The translations under genes were made by a program, and so were the position numbers. From NCBI GenBank assembly GCA_963707985.1, contig CAVPRW010000015.1, positions 64,001-128,000 of the forward strand: a stretch of DNA of 64,000 nt, written 5' to 3'. Below, piece after piece: positions 20,799-31,614 of the stretch. The notes beneath the pieces were generated by a model. That model was not told the origin of the DNA, did not search any database, and worked only from the letters and a program-made list of their open reading frames with translations. Position 1 is the stretch's first letter. Each line of letters begins with the position of its first letter. The stretch comes from an uncultured Nitrospinota bacterium. GTDB lineage: Bacteria > Tectomicrobia > Entotheonellia > J063 > CAVPRW01.

Positions 20799-22115
20799 AT
20801 GGCTCTCGAGGCCCCGATGACATCGTCTCAAATGGAGTTCGCGCATTTGATGCAGACGGTTGACGCGTCGTGCATCAAGTGTGGATTCTGCCTCCCCAAG
20901 TGCCCCACGTACCGCGAGACTGGCCTCGAATCGGCCTCACCACGGGGACGGATCCATCTGCTGAAGCTGGTCGCCAAAGGCCGTCTGCAGCCGGCTGATA
21001 TCGACGCACAGCTCGACCTCTGTCTGGGGTGTCGAGCTTGCGAGACCGCTTGTCCAGCGGGGGTCAAGTTCGGCAGGCTTCTCGAAGCCGGGCGCGAGCA
21101 AACACGCCGGGCGAAGCATCTGACGCGGTGGCAACGGCGGCAGCAACAAATCTTCTACTCCGGGCTCCTCCTCCACCTGAAACGCCTCGACCTTCTCGTC
21201 GACCTCCTCTGGCTGTATCAAGCCAGCGGCATGCGCCGGCTGGTACAGAACAGCCGTTTGTTGCACCTCTTGTCGCCGGCGTGGTCGGATGTCGAGCTGT
21301 TACTTCCAGCGTTGCCATCCCCCCTGGTCCGCCAGCGTCTGCACGAATGGACCAGACCCGTGGGGCGTGCGCAGCGGCGGGTGGGCTTCCTGACGGGCTG
21401 CGTCATGCGGTCGGTATTCGCGGATGCCAATGCCGCGACCGTTCGCGTGCTGGCGAAAAATGGCTGCCAGGTGGTAATTCCCCCTCAGCTCGGCTGCTGT
21501 GGAGCACTGCATGCCCACCATGGCAACCTCGCAACCGCTCGCCTCCTGGCGCAACAAAATATACGGGTGTTCGAAGGCTACGAGCTGGACGCCGTGATTG
21601 TGAACTCAGCCGGCTGCGGCGCGATGCTGAAAGAATATGGTCAGCTGTTAGCAGACGACGAAGTGTACGCGCAACGAGCCTCGGCTTTCAGCGGTAAGGT
21701 CCAAGACATCAGCGAATTTCTTGCTGGTCTGACGCTGAACCAGCAGCTGGCCCAGCTGCCGCTACGTGTCGCCTACGATGACCCCTGCCATTTGTTGCAT
21801 GGTCAAGGGATCAGCCACGAGCCTCGTCAGCTGCTGCAACAAATACCCGGCGTGGCGTTGGTGCCCTTTAAGGAGGCGGACTGGTGTTGTGGTAGTGCTG
21901 GTACCTACAATCTGATGCAACCCGAAATGTCGAGGCGGCTGTTGGATCGTAAGCTACAGCACATCGCGGCTGTCGACCCCGACGTGATCGCTACCGGCAA
22001 TCCCGGTTGCCTGCTGCAGCTGGCCTGGGGGGTCAAGCGGGCGGGGATGCGTGCCGAGGTGCTGCACCCCATTGAGTTGCTCGATCGTGCCTACCGGCTT
22101 GGGGCGGCCTCCTGA
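20799..22115 (+). CDS. glcF: Glycolate oxidase iron-sulfur subunit
   Basis: CIKCGFCLPKCP and CLGCRACETACP 4Fe-4S motifs; two CCG domains. Confidence 0.9.
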   Translation: MALEAPMTSSQMEFAHLMQTVDASCIKCGFCLPKCPTYRETGLESASPRGRIHLLKLVAKGRLQPADIDAQLDLCLGCRACETACPAGVKFGRLLEAGREQTRRAKHLTRWQRRQQQIFYSGLLLHLKRLDLLVDLLWLYQASGMRRLVQNSRLLHLLSPAWSDVELLLPALPSPLVRQRLHEWTRPVGRAQRRVGFLTGCVMRSVFADANAATVRVLAKNGCQVVIPPQLGCCGALHAHHGNLATARLLAQQNIRVFEGYELDAVIVNSAGCGAMLKEYGQLLADDEVYAQRASAFSGKVQDISEFLAGLTLNQQLAQLPLRVAYDDPCHLLHGQGISHEPRQLLQQIPGVALVPFKEADWCCGSAGTYNLMQPEMSRRLLDRKLQHIAAVDPDVIATGNPGCLLQLAWGVKRAGMRAEVLHPIELLDRAYRLGAAS

Positions 22116-23254
22116 GGCACGTCTAGCGGCTCGCCTAGCTCTCGGATGGCCGGATACACTTCCTCCGCAAACAGCTTCAGACTCTGCCGTGTATGCTCGG
22201 TAGGCATGAAACCAGCCTGCATCATCATCATCAGATGGCCCACCTGGCAGCGCTCGTGCAGATAGGTGATCTTCTTGATGACCGTGTCGGGGTTGCCCCA
22301 TATCGCGATGCCGACCTCATTCAACTCTTCCCAACTCTTCCCTGCCCCCCGGCGACTCTCGCCCCTGTACATGCGGGCGCTGGTTTCGGGCGCATTATAG
22401 CCCGGTGGATTGACGAACCCCGGATGCTGGACCGCCTGCAAATACCACATCAGCGCCCTACCTTGCTCACGGGCCTGCTCGTCCGTGTCGCCCACATAGA
22501 CCAGGGCCAGGAACCCAAATTTGTCCGGCCCTGGCTCCAGGAGACCGCGCTCGTGGCAGCGCTCGCGATAAATTTGATGTAACCGTTCTTGCTCCTCGTA
22601 GGGTTGCAGGAAGCAGGCATAGACGTACTGATGATCAGCGATCCACCTCACGCTGTTAGGAGTCGAACCGGTGATCCAGATGGGGGGGTGCGGCTGCTGG
22701 TAAGGTCGCGGCCAGGGGTTCACATAGCGATAATGCCAGAACTTACCCTCCCAGTTAAAGGGCTCGCGCGTGGTCCATGCGTGCATGATGAGGTCATGAG
22801 CCTCCTCAAAACGCTCTCGAGTCTGGGCTGGGTTGGTGTTGGCGGGGTGGTACTCGGTCGCCACGCCACGCACAAAACCACAGATCAGACGACCCTGCGT
22901 CACGCAATCGAGGAACGCCATCTCTTCAGCCACCCGTACCGGGTTGTCACGGTTTGCGATCGGGTTGCCCAACAATAGTAACTTGGCGCGGCTGGTGCGC
23001 CGGGCGATTGCCGCCGCCGTCAGGGGCATCACGGAATCGATACAGGTGACTGTCTGGTGATGCTCATTCAACATGAGATCTAGACCCAACTCATCGGCAT
23101 ACTCGTATTCATCTAGATAGCGGTTGTACAGCTCGCTGGCGAGCTTAGGATCGCAGTAGTGATTGGGCAAGATCACCCGTTGCGAATGGAGCTGCTGCGC
23201 CACCTCCGGCGGATAATAGGGATAGGGCATCTCGGTGAAATAGTAGGCGCGCAT
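22091..23254 (-). CDS. LLM-class flavin-dependent oxidoreductase
   Basis: NEHHQ, PVRVAEEMAFLD, GRLICGFVRG, PRPYQQPHPPIW and LKLFAEEVYP motifs. Confidence 0.88.
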   Translation of the reverse strand: MRAYYFTEMPYPYYPPEVAQQLHSQRVILPNHYCDPKLASELYNRYLDEYEYADELGLDLMLNEHHQTVTCIDSVMPLTAAAIARRTSRAKLLLLGNPIANRDNPVRVAEEMAFLDCVTQGRLICGFVRGVATEYHPANTNPAQTRERFEEAHDLIMHAWTTREPFNWEGKFWHYRYVNPWPRPYQQPHPPIWITGSTPNSVRWIADHQYVYACFLQPYEEQERLHQIYRERCHERGLLEPGPDKFGFLALVYVGDTDEQAREQGRALMWYLQAVQHPGFVNPPGYNAPETSARMYRGESRRGAGKSWEELNEVGIAIWGNPDTVIKKITYLHERCQVGHLMMMMQAGFMPTEHTRQSLKLFAEEVYPAIRELGEPLDVPQEAAPSR

Positions 23255-23272
23255 CGCTCGCGTCTCCTTCCG

Positions 23273-24079
23273 TTATTCGCTCAAGAACGACGTGACACAG
23301 GCGACGAATGTTTCAGGCTGCTCCAAGTAGGGATAGTGGCCGGCTGCTGGAATGAGTTGGAATTGAGCCCCCGGTATCGCCTGCTGGAAGGCACGACCAT
23401 AGTCAGGGCGCACGATGCGATCGCTTTCCCCCCAGAGGACTAGGGTTGGGACCGCGATGCGATGCAGCCACCGGCGCAAGGCAGGATTATGCATGAACGG
23501 TTTCCAGGTAAAGCGCACAGCCGCCTCACGATTGCGGATCAAGGTCAGCAACTCCGCCTCCGGTAAACCAGGCATGCCCGGTAACTTCATCCGTTCAGCG
23601 CCCAAGGCAGAGTCATGCCAGCCGACCTCTAGCAACTGCTCACGGTTCAGAATGAAGGTCTCGACGATGTCGACTTCGGTGCGTGTAGAGACTTTGATGC
23701 CGACAGTATCGGCCAGGACAAGGTGCCGCAGGGAGTGTCCACAGCGTACGGCCATCTCTGTGGCGATCCAGCCCCCCAGCCCCAGCCCCAGGATATCGAT
23801 GCTTTGGGAATCGAGGCCAGCGATGAAATCCAGGTAGAGGTATGCCAGATCATCGATGCCTTCGATGGTTTCAGGCCGCTCCGAGGCGCCAAAGCCTGGA
23901 TGGGATGGCGCCAGCACTGTGAAGTGAGCCGCCAGGGCAGCGTGATACGGCTGCCAGGTTGTCATCACTTCACAGTCGTGTAGCACCAACAAGGGGGGGC
24001 CCTGACCACCCTGGAGCACCTGCAACGTGACGCCGTCTACTGTGCATCGTTCTTCCTGACCAGAAACCGCTGTCGCCAC
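23273..24079 (-). CDS. Alpha/beta-hydrolase fold protein (nucleophile elbow reads GLGLG)
   Basis: HPGFGAS, PTLVLWGESD and AGHYP motifs; start uncertain; co-oriented with the LLM gene. Confidence 0.8.
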   Translation of the reverse strand: MATAVSGQEERCTVDGVTLQVLQGGQGPPLLVLHDCEVMTTWQPYHAALAAHFTVLAPSHPGFGASERPETIEGIDDLAYLYLDFIAGLDSQSIDILGLGLGGWIATEMAVRCGHSLRHLVLADTVGIKVSTRTEVDIVETFILNREQLLEVGWHDSALGAERMKLPGMPGLPEAELLTLIRNREAAVRFTWKPFMHNPALRRWLHRIAVPTLVLWGESDRIVRPDYGRAFQQAIPGAQFQLIPAAGHYPYLEQPETFVACVTSFLSE

Positions 24080-24536
24080 CTTTGCTTTCCCCCTGCCGTC
24101 AATCCCATAAGCTCCCCGAGACTGGTTGTCGCCCACCGCGTCTCGCCCCGAAACGAGCTCCTGAGCTCCAAGGATCGCGCCGTTTCCGCGCCACGAAAGC
24201 CCCTCAAGGGTCGCCTGACGAAGGTGGCAAGACGCCCTCAACAGCTCGAACGCTCACACCGCCGAGCCCAGTCATCGGCGGCATGGTAACAGAGGTCAAG
24301 CCCGCCGTCAACCAGTGCTATGCGCCGCAAACTGGCTTGTACGGCTTGTGGGCGTGTGCTACGCTCCGATCGTCAGAAGCGTGCAGGTAGGAAGGTCCTG
24401 TAGAGGTTCGACAAAGCGCTCAAGATCAAGCAGTTGGCATGTACGTGGGCTGATGGCTTTAAGGAGGATTATCGCTGAGAATCCATGCCTTCGGCGGCCG
24501 CCAAGTGGAATGCCCGCTGCGTTCACATCGCCTCGT

Positions 24537-24938
24537 TTACGCCTCTCCATCGGCGAGGAACGGCCTCATAGCCTCGTAAAAGGGACCTTGCCGGTGCTGA
24601 ACCTGCTCATAACACATGAAGGCCATCGCATTCCAAATGAGGTCTTTCTCCTCCTCGGTGATTCCCCGGCGCTCGCAGAAATCCAAAAAGGCATCGGCAG
24701 CAGCCTCTGCCGCATCGGGGGCACCTGCCGCATCGTCTTGACTCACGGCGCCGTTGCCATCTTCCTCGTCGAAGACCTCCGCGTCTATATAGATATCCAG
24801 CTGGGCATCGCCATGGTGATCTTGCACTGCTTCGATGTCGAACACCTCTCCGGTACCATCTGGTCTAAACAAGGCGACATACACGTCGTGGTCGCGGTCC
24901 ATCGTCTGTGCGATTGCCATGAGCTCACCAATCGTCAT
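24537..24938 (-). CDS. Acidic hypothetical protein
   Basis: Clean ORF with SD GAGGAGG upstream; Asp/Glu-rich; no motif recognised. Confidence 0.6.
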   Translation of the reverse strand: MTIGELMAIAQTMDRDHDVYVALFRPDGTGEVFDIEAVQDHHGDAQLDIYIDAEVFDEEDGNGAVSQDDAAGAPDAAEAAADAFLDFCERRGITEEEKDLIWNAMAFMCYEQVQHRQGPFYEAMRPFLADGEA

Positions 24939-25080
24939 CGTCCACCTCCTCACTACTTCACGCGACCTGTGTGAAACCGGTCGTCTCTACGCTTCTCGGA
25001 AAACAAGAAATCGTGTATCGTTTTCTAATATACATCCATTACACATCCTCTGCAGAAGTTCTCTATCCTCAGGATTATCA

Positions 25081-25109
25081 TTGACACCTATTGCTCACGG
25101 TTTCATAAT
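25081..25109 (+). promoter_or_regulatory. Sigma70-type promoter with no adjacent gene
   Basis: TTGACA-N17-CATAAT in an AT-rich stretch. Confidence 0.6.
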
Positions 25110-25507
25110 CATTTGGCTTCGTTCTCCATTCCCCGGTATCTTACCTCCCGCTCACCGGATAGGCTTCCGAGCTCCGTGGGCACAGCCGGGACCCCTCGTC
25201 GCTCTCTATTCCGAGATGTTCCTGCGCGACCTGCAAGCATGATCAGAGGGGTTGGGCTTGGCTCCGATCGTCGTGCTCGCCGCGGTTGGGCCACCAGGAG
25301 CAGGCCCGCGACGCTTCCTGGCTTTAGGCCACGTGGGCTGTCGGCACGCTCTTTGCTGTTAGGCTACATAGAGCTGTGACGAACCGTCAAGGCATTGCCA
25401 ACAGCGTAGCTCTCACGCCTATACGGCTGAGACGATGCTACGCGATACCATGAAGCCTTGCAGGGGTATGTGTCCCAACGGGTCGCTCAGCTAGGAGGAG
25501 AACGTAC

Positions 25508-25810
25508 GTGCTACCTACCTGCCATCTCATCCACTATCGTGTGCAACTCGTTGGCACGGCGCTTGTCCTGGCCAGCCTGTGTGGCTGGTATCCTCTGTCC
25601 GCAGCGTCTGCCGCGGGCAGAGAACTCACCGCATCTGGGGATTATCCCGACTATCGGGATCCTCACGGCTATCAAAATGATCGGTCTTACCGCCGGCCGA
25701 GGTATGAACAGCCCGATCGCTTCACCATTCGCAAGGGGAAGAAGTGCGAGATTCATTGTGAGCGGATACGCGGTACCCGCGAGTACCGGTGTCGGGAATA
25801 CCGCTGTTAG
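25508..25810 (+). CDS. Small exported hypothetical protein with a Cys-rich C-terminus
   Basis: SD AGGAGGAG; hydrophobic signal ending ASA; CEIHC...CREYRC. Confidence 0.6.
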   Translation: MLPTCHLIHYRVQLVGTALVLASLCGWYPLSAASAAGRELTASGDYPDYRDPHGYQNDRSYRRPRYEQPDRFTIRKGKKCEIHCERIRGTREYRCREYRC

Positions 25811-25887
25811 ACAGGTGGGTGTTTTGTGGCGAAGAATGATCGGTGCCTGATGCCCTGAGGTGCTTGCAACACTAGTCTGCCGAGGGC

Positions 25888-27096
25888 TCAGCGAAAGACC
25901 CCGGTATGACCCAGAGAGTAGCGCCCTGGTTGGGGATAAACACAGAGGCCATGCGGCCCCTTGCCGACGCGAATGCGGGCCAGCAGATGGCCGTTGGTGG
26001 TGTCGATCGCATAGACCTCAGCATGATATCGACCGGCAAGCCAGAGCACCTTGCCATCCGCCGACACCCCCCCCATGTCCGGGCTCCCGCCGCCAGGCAG
26101 GCGCCAGGTACTGGTGACTGCGCGGGTGGCAAAATCGACCACCGAGATGCTTCCCTCCCCCCGGTTAGAGACATACAATAGCCGGGAATCCCGGCTGGCG
26201 TAGAGGCCGTGCGCGCCCTTACCCGTAGGTAGGAAGCCAAGGATAGACAGACGGTCCCCGTCGATTAGATAGACCCCGTTCGCATGCATATCAGCCACAT
26301 AGAACACGGCGCCGTCCGGCGAAAGCTTCACATCCTGGGGCATGCCTCGACCGGGCAAGGTGAGCCTGCCGATGAGCTGCTGCGTGGCAACGTCGACTTT
26401 GATCAGCGCACTGGCAAACTCGCAGCTGGCGATAAGGTAGCGGCCGTTCGCCGAAAAATCCAAGTGATCCACCCCTTTGCACGGCACTGAGAGCGAACGC
26501 ACCAACTGCATCGTCTGCGCGTCCCGGAAATCGAGCCGGCGCAGCCGCTCAGCTACCACAATGGCGTACTTGCCGTCGGGGGTGTAGTACATATTGTACG
26601 GATCCTCGACCGGCACGGTGTCGCCTTTGCGCCCTGTCGAAGGGTCGATCCGAGTCACGGTGTTGCCCAGATCGTTGAGTACCCAGAGGGTCTTGAGATC
26701 GTATGAGGGCGTAACATGCTGCGGCAGCCGGCCAACGGGGAAATGGTCGATGATCTTATAGGTCTGTGGATCGATGACATCGACCGTATTGCTGCCGCTA
26801 TTGGGCACATAGATGCGCGACGGAAAGTCCCGAACAACCGGGATGAGGTTCCCGGCACGGGTCTCAGAGTACACGTCGCGCGGGTCAAGCACTGGGGGCA
26901 TGTCGGGAAGCGCCTCGTCGGACGAGGATACCGGTATGGCTGTTCCCGGCAAGTCCTCGGCCGTCTTCGTACCCGTCGCAGCCGTAGCCCGGTGGGGCGC
27001 TAGCATATTTCCGGTGACGGACCCACTCCGCCCGGAGGAGCCCACGGTGCAGAGGAGCAAGAATACTGTCAGCGAGCACACATGTCTACAGCTCAT
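25888..27096 (-). CDS. YVTN/YncE-family beta-propeller protein
   Basis: Repeated blades IYVPNSGSNTVDVID, LYVSNRGEGSISVVD and VGKGPHGL; signal-like N-terminus. Confidence 0.85.
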   Translation of the reverse strand: MSCRHVCSLTVFLLLCTVGSSGRSGSVTGNMLAPHRATAATGTKTAEDLPGTAIPVSSSDEALPDMPPVLDPRDVYSETRAGNLIPVVRDFPSRIYVPNSGSNTVDVIDPQTYKIIDHFPVGRLPQHVTPSYDLKTLWVLNDLGNTVTRIDPSTGRKGDTVPVEDPYNMYYTPDGKYAIVVAERLRRLDFRDAQTMQLVRSLSVPCKGVDHLDFSANGRYLIASCEFASALIKVDVATQQLIGRLTLPGRGMPQDVKLSPDGAVFYVADMHANGVYLIDGDRLSILGFLPTGKGAHGLYASRDSRLLYVSNRGEGSISVVDFATRAVTSTWRLPGGGSPDMGGVSADGKVLWLAGRYHAEVYAIDTTNGHLLARIRVGKGPHGLCVYPQPGRYSLGHTGVFR

Positions 27097-27356
27097 AGAG
27101 GTTCCATTGGCAAACGTTTCTGGTCATGGGTGGGAAGGCATGCCGAGCCCTCGGTCTGAGAGCATGAGCGACCTTTCAGGCATCAAACGCCACTATTCAT
27201 GCCGCTAGTTCACGACTATAGGGAGCAGAAGAGGTGTATCGCCAATCATGTAGTTCCCCCAGTGCGGTTAGGCCGAGAGCAGCGACGCCTTTACACATGT
27301 GACCCTTCGCTGCTCTCATGGCGACAGGTACCAAGGCTAATCGCCTGCCAGCTGAG

Positions 27357-27914
27357 CTAGACCGGCAGGAGTGGTTCAGTCCGGTCCGGAGGCAAGTCGG
27401 TATCGAAGGTGTTGATGAGCAACGCCAGCAGACTGTAGTTTCCCATGGTCAGGCTCAACTCGACGACCCCCTGGCGGCCAAACTGCTCAAGCGCCGCCTG
27501 GAAGCTCCCAGAGCTGACCCGATGGGTGCGGAAAAATTCCCTGCCATAGTGCACGACTGCTGCCTCGTCAGGCGCCAGGGTGGGAAGTTCCTGGCGATCC
27601 CGCAAGGCATCCACGAGCGCATCAGGTACACCGGCCTGGCGCGCTGACGCTGCGTGGGCGTTCCAGATGTGTTGGCAGTCCAGCGCCCGCGCCGTCACCA
27701 ACATAGCGAGCTCCTGAACTTTCTTGGACAATGATGATTGGTTCCGCAAGTAATCATTCAACCCGGTGGCCCAGCGGGAGGCTTCCGGGACGTGGACCAT
27801 CACCGAGCCCGGACCATAACGGGGCACTGTCCCCATCCGCTGCACCAGTTCGTCGAAAAGCGCTTTCTGAGCCTCTGGGACACTTTCCCGAGTTGCGATA
27901 GGTAATCTGGCCAT
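27357..27914 (-). CDS. Carboxymuconolactone decarboxylase (AhpD-like) family protein
   Basis: ELAMLVTARALDCQHIWNAH and VVELSLTMGNY patterns. Confidence 0.75.
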   Translation of the reverse strand: MARLPIATRESVPEAQKALFDELVQRMGTVPRYGPGSVMVHVPEASRWATGLNDYLRNQSSLSKKVQELAMLVTARALDCQHIWNAHAASARQAGVPDALVDALRDRQELPTLAPDEAAVVHYGREFFRTHRVSSGSFQAALEQFGRQGVVELSLTMGNYSLLALLINTFDTDLPPDRTEPLLPV

Positions 27915-27997
27915 GGCTTCCTCCTATGTTTGTGCTCCGGACGACTGACGCACGTGCCATTCGCGGCATAAAGGCCGATACCGACGACAGGGTGTCG

Positions 27998-28894
27998 TCA
28001 GCGCGGGTATAATAGCCACCCACGTCGGCCGGTATCCCGGACTCTGAACAGATGACCGCCGCCGCTCGTAACATAGAGTGTGCCGAGATCAGCGTCGCCA
28101 AAGGTGCAGTTCGTCGGCCGATCCACGGGCACTGGGTGCGTTTCCAACACGCGCCCCGAGGGTGTGAAGACGTAGATCATGGGGCCGGGTCCCGCCTCTT
28201 CCCAGCCAGCGCAGGCGATGATATGCCCATTGGTATCCAGGCACATGCCATCGACGCCGCGCTGGACTCCTCGTGCGTCCTGTCCGAACGTATGCAATAC
28301 CGTATAGGCACCCAACGTATCGTCCGCCTGCAGAGGATAGGCCCGCAACTCCCGCGCACCATCATAGTCGCTTTGGGCCACATACAGGGTACGTTCATCC
28401 TGTGACAAGAGGACGCCGTTTGGGGAGGTCGTGTCAACGGTCACGCGCTTGAGGTCCCAGGACCCGTCGGGTTGCGGGTCAAGCCTGAGGACTGAGGCAT
28501 GGTCCAGCTCTCGTTCCTCCTGCGGGCGGCCTCGGCCGAATGGATCTGTGAACCAGATACGTCCTTTACTGTCGATCGCCAGGTCATTTGGCCGGTTGTG
28601 ACGGCGCCCCTGCAACCGATTGGGCAATGGGGTCATGGTACCATTGGGATCAAAGCGCGTGATGCAATGGTTCCCACTCTGGCAGCCGTAGAGGCGACCC
28701 TGGGCATCGAACATCAGCCCGTTGGTGCTCTGTGTCCCAGTGCGGAACTCTGCGCACGCGCCGGTTTGTGGGTCATACCGCATGATACGGTTGCCCGGGA
28801 TGTGGGTGAACAGGAGGGCCTGGCCGTCCCAGGCCGGCCCTTCGGTGGTGCCCCCATAGGGGCCAGCGAGAAGTTCGAATGTCCAATCACTCAT
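27998..28894 (-). CDS. SMP-30/gluconolactonase family protein
   Basis: TEGPAW, NGLMFD, NRPNDL, SPNGV, DGMCLD and PTNCTFG motifs. Confidence 0.88.
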   Translation of the reverse strand: MSDWTFELLAGPYGGTTEGPAWDGQALLFTHIPGNRIMRYDPQTGACAEFRTGTQSTNGLMFDAQGRLYGCQSGNHCITRFDPNGTMTPLPNRLQGRRHNRPNDLAIDSKGRIWFTDPFGRGRPQEERELDHASVLRLDPQPDGSWDLKRVTVDTTSPNGVLLSQDERTLYVAQSDYDGARELRAYPLQADDTLGAYTVLHTFGQDARGVQRGVDGMCLDTNGHIIACAGWEEAGPGPMIYVFTPSGRVLETHPVPVDRPTNCTFGDADLGTLYVTSGGGHLFRVRDTGRRGWLLYPR

Positions 28895-28975
28895 GTCGTT
28901 CCCTCCCACGTGAGGATGAGCCGATTCTCAGGGCCTCATCAAGGTCGCGGTACACCGAGCTAGGTCCACCGTTAG

Positions 28976-29992
28976 TTATTTTTTCTGGGTCGGTACGGGT
29001 ATGCCCGCAATTTTCACGTTGACGGACCCCAAGTGGTTGCGGCTAGTAAAGTACAAGGTTTTCCAGTCATCGCCGCCGAAGGCGAGATTGGTGGTGGCAG
29101 GCGCCCCATGGACGATACGGCCCAGCTTGGTGCCGCGCGCATCCATGATCCAGATGCCCCCTGCCCCGCCACAGTATACGTTACCCTCTATATCCACCTT
29201 CATGCCGTCGGGGACGCCGGGCTCGTCGCCCCCCAGGTCGGCGAAGACCCGGTCGGTCTGCTTCGCCAGGGTGCCGTTGGGCAACAGGTCGAAGGCGCGA
29301 ATGTGGCGACGCCGAGAATCATTAATGTAGAGCACGCTTTCATCAGGGGAGAAGGCGAGGCCGTTGGGCACGACAAAATTCTCGATGAGCAGGGTAAGGG
29401 TGCCCAGATCGGGTGTGATGCGGTATACTCCGGCAAAGGTCAGGTCCCACTGCTCGGGGGGCAGCGGATTGGTCCAGGGATCGGTGAAATAGATGCAACC
29501 ATCAGACTTGACCACCACATCATTGGGACGGTTGAGACGCCGCCCTTGGAAGCTATTGGCGATGACCGTCAGGCTCCCGTCCAACTCTTGCCGGGTGACC
29601 CGCCGGCTGTCATGCTCGCAGGCGAGCAAGCGGCCCTGGAGGTCCCTGGTTAATCCATTGGCACGGTTCGTCGGCTCCTGGAATACGGACACGCCTTGAC
29701 CAGGAACGTACTTCATACGTTTATTGTTATGAATATCGCTGAACAGCAGGTAGCGGCCTTCCTTCCACCAGACAGGCCCTTCGGCGGGCCCCAGGGCACC
29801 GCCGAAGCCATCAGCCAACTCCTGGATGGGCTCTGACGTGGAGAGAATCTTCTCCAGTCCCGGCGCAAATTGCTCAATGCGCTTTGACGATTGGGGAAAC
29901 ACGTTGCTGACACCTTCAGCCATAGCAAGCCCTCCGATCGCAACAGCTATCCTCAACACCTGCCGACGTGAGATCCCATGCCGAACGCTCAT
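28976..29992 (-). CDS. SMP-30/gluconolactonase family protein with a Tat-like signal
   Basis: SRRQVL N-terminus; AEGPVW, NRPNDVV, PNGLAFSPDE and PDGMKVD motifs. Confidence 0.88.
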   Translation of the reverse strand: MSVRHGISRRQVLRIAVAIGGLAMAEGVSNVFPQSSKRIEQFAPGLEKILSTSEPIQELADGFGGALGPAEGPVWWKEGRYLLFSDIHNNKRMKYVPGQGVSVFQEPTNRANGLTRDLQGRLLACEHDSRRVTRQELDGSLTVIANSFQGRRLNRPNDVVVKSDGCIYFTDPWTNPLPPEQWDLTFAGVYRITPDLGTLTLLIENFVVPNGLAFSPDESVLYINDSRRRHIRAFDLLPNGTLAKQTDRVFADLGGDEPGVPDGMKVDIEGNVYCGGAGGIWIMDARGTKLGRIVHGAPATTNLAFGGDDWKTLYFTSRNHLGSVNVKIAGIPVPTQKK

Positions 29993-30488
29993 GCTGACCC
30001 CTTCCGGGATATGGGTTGTGTCTACCGACCGAGCATTCGGGGGCATGACCTGGGGTTGTCTCCGGGACTGGCAGCACGTCTGATATCCCCAAGGTCAACC
30101 TCCCGGCGCACCCCAATCCGCACGCAACTATATCATCAACCGCGGCCTTGCGGTATATCTTATCCGTACCTGGCCCACAAACCTGGCGCTGCCACCTCCG
30201 AATGTGCTCTGCACCGATTCCCAATGCTTGTCCAAGGTGCGCCCATGACCTGCTCTGCCGAATAGCTGCCACCGTGGCCAGCGACCGTTCGGGCCTCGTC
30301 AAGCCTTGGTTTGGCCCAATTTCTTCCGAACTCGGTCTATCGGGGGAGATTGTCAGCGCGAGGGCGTAGTCGCATCCCACGCTTGTATGATACCTGCAGT
30401 GTGTTCTGCGCTGGCCTATGATATGCTGCCCCGAACAGCCTGATGACGAGTGAGCGTCGTAGTCATCGACAGTGGAGAGGAAGCAACC

Positions 30489-31381
30489 ATGAAGGAATCG
30501 CACGTGCTCAGGGGAGTCGGATACGGTCTGGCCCTTGTCGTCGCAGGGTCTCTGGTTCAGTGCTTGCGCCCAACCTCAGCCCAAGAAACCCGATGTCGAG
30601 TATGTACCGACGCCGCAGAATGTTGTCGTGGAGATGCTGCAGCTGTTGGCGGTGAAGCCGACCGATATCGTCTACGACCTCGGCTGTGGGGATGGACGGG
30701 TGGTGATCACCGCTGCTAAGCGCTATCAAGCCCGAGGCGTAGGCATCGATGTCGACCCCCAACGGATCAAGGAGAGTCGTGCCAATGCCCGTCGGGCTGG
30801 TGTGGCCAACCGGGTGAAGTTTCTCCAACAAGATCTGTTCGAGACAGATATTCGCGACGCCTCCGTCGTCGCCCTCTATTTACTCCCCGACCTGAATCGG
30901 AAGTTGCGTCCCAAGCTCTTGAGCACCCTCCGACCTGGGACTCGTGTCGCGTCGCATGACTTCGACATGGGAGATTGGCACCCCGATAAGGTCATCTATG
31001 TGAAGGGGCCAGCATATGAACATACCGTGTACTACTGGGTCATCCCAGCCAACGTCGACGGGGCATGGCAGATGAGTGTGCCAACCTCCACAGGAGAGCG
31101 GCGCTATCTGCTGCGCATCCAGCAACAGTATCAGGAGGTTCGCGGCACCGTGAGCGCAGAGGGGGAAGCCATTCTGATCAGCAATGCGACGCTGATGGGT
31201 GATCACCTGGGCTTCACCGTGACCGCTGACCATGCAAGGCGAAGAGGTGAAGATGGCCTTCGATGGGCGCGTCAGCGATGATGCCATCCGCGGCAGCGTA
31301 GACGTGCAAGGCGGCACCAAGACAGGTCGGTTTGATTGGTCAGCTCAACGCGAAGGTCGGAGTCCTAGCATTCCGCGGTAA
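30489..31381 (+). CDS. SAM-dependent methyltransferase-domain protein with a signal-like N-terminus (two apparent frameshifts near 30550 and 31230)
   Basis: DVEYVPTP, YDLGCGDGR and PGTRVASHDFDMGDW; N- and C-termini in neighbouring frames. Confidence 0.78.
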
Positions 31382-31614
31382 CGCTGAGTCATTTGAGGAC
31401 CGTGACTGTGGCGTAAGGAAGCACAACCCTCTTGTACCTGAGAGCCGCCTCGACACACGACGAAGATCCTCTGATCGTGCACGGGTTCGAGGGTATGAAG
31501 ACCGGCGCGGCTCTCCACTCCAGCGGCTTTCTGGCCCTCCAGGAGGCCAGCGTTGGAGGGCCCATCAAAGCGGTCGTGGTCTTGCCCATGTGAATTGGCC
31601 TGCGGTGAATAGGC

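Noticed and set aside
25551..25566. Sigma54 -24/-12-like TTGGCACGGCGCTTGT
   Set aside because: It lies inside a likely coding region, the -12 element is imperfect and no plus-strand gene follows.
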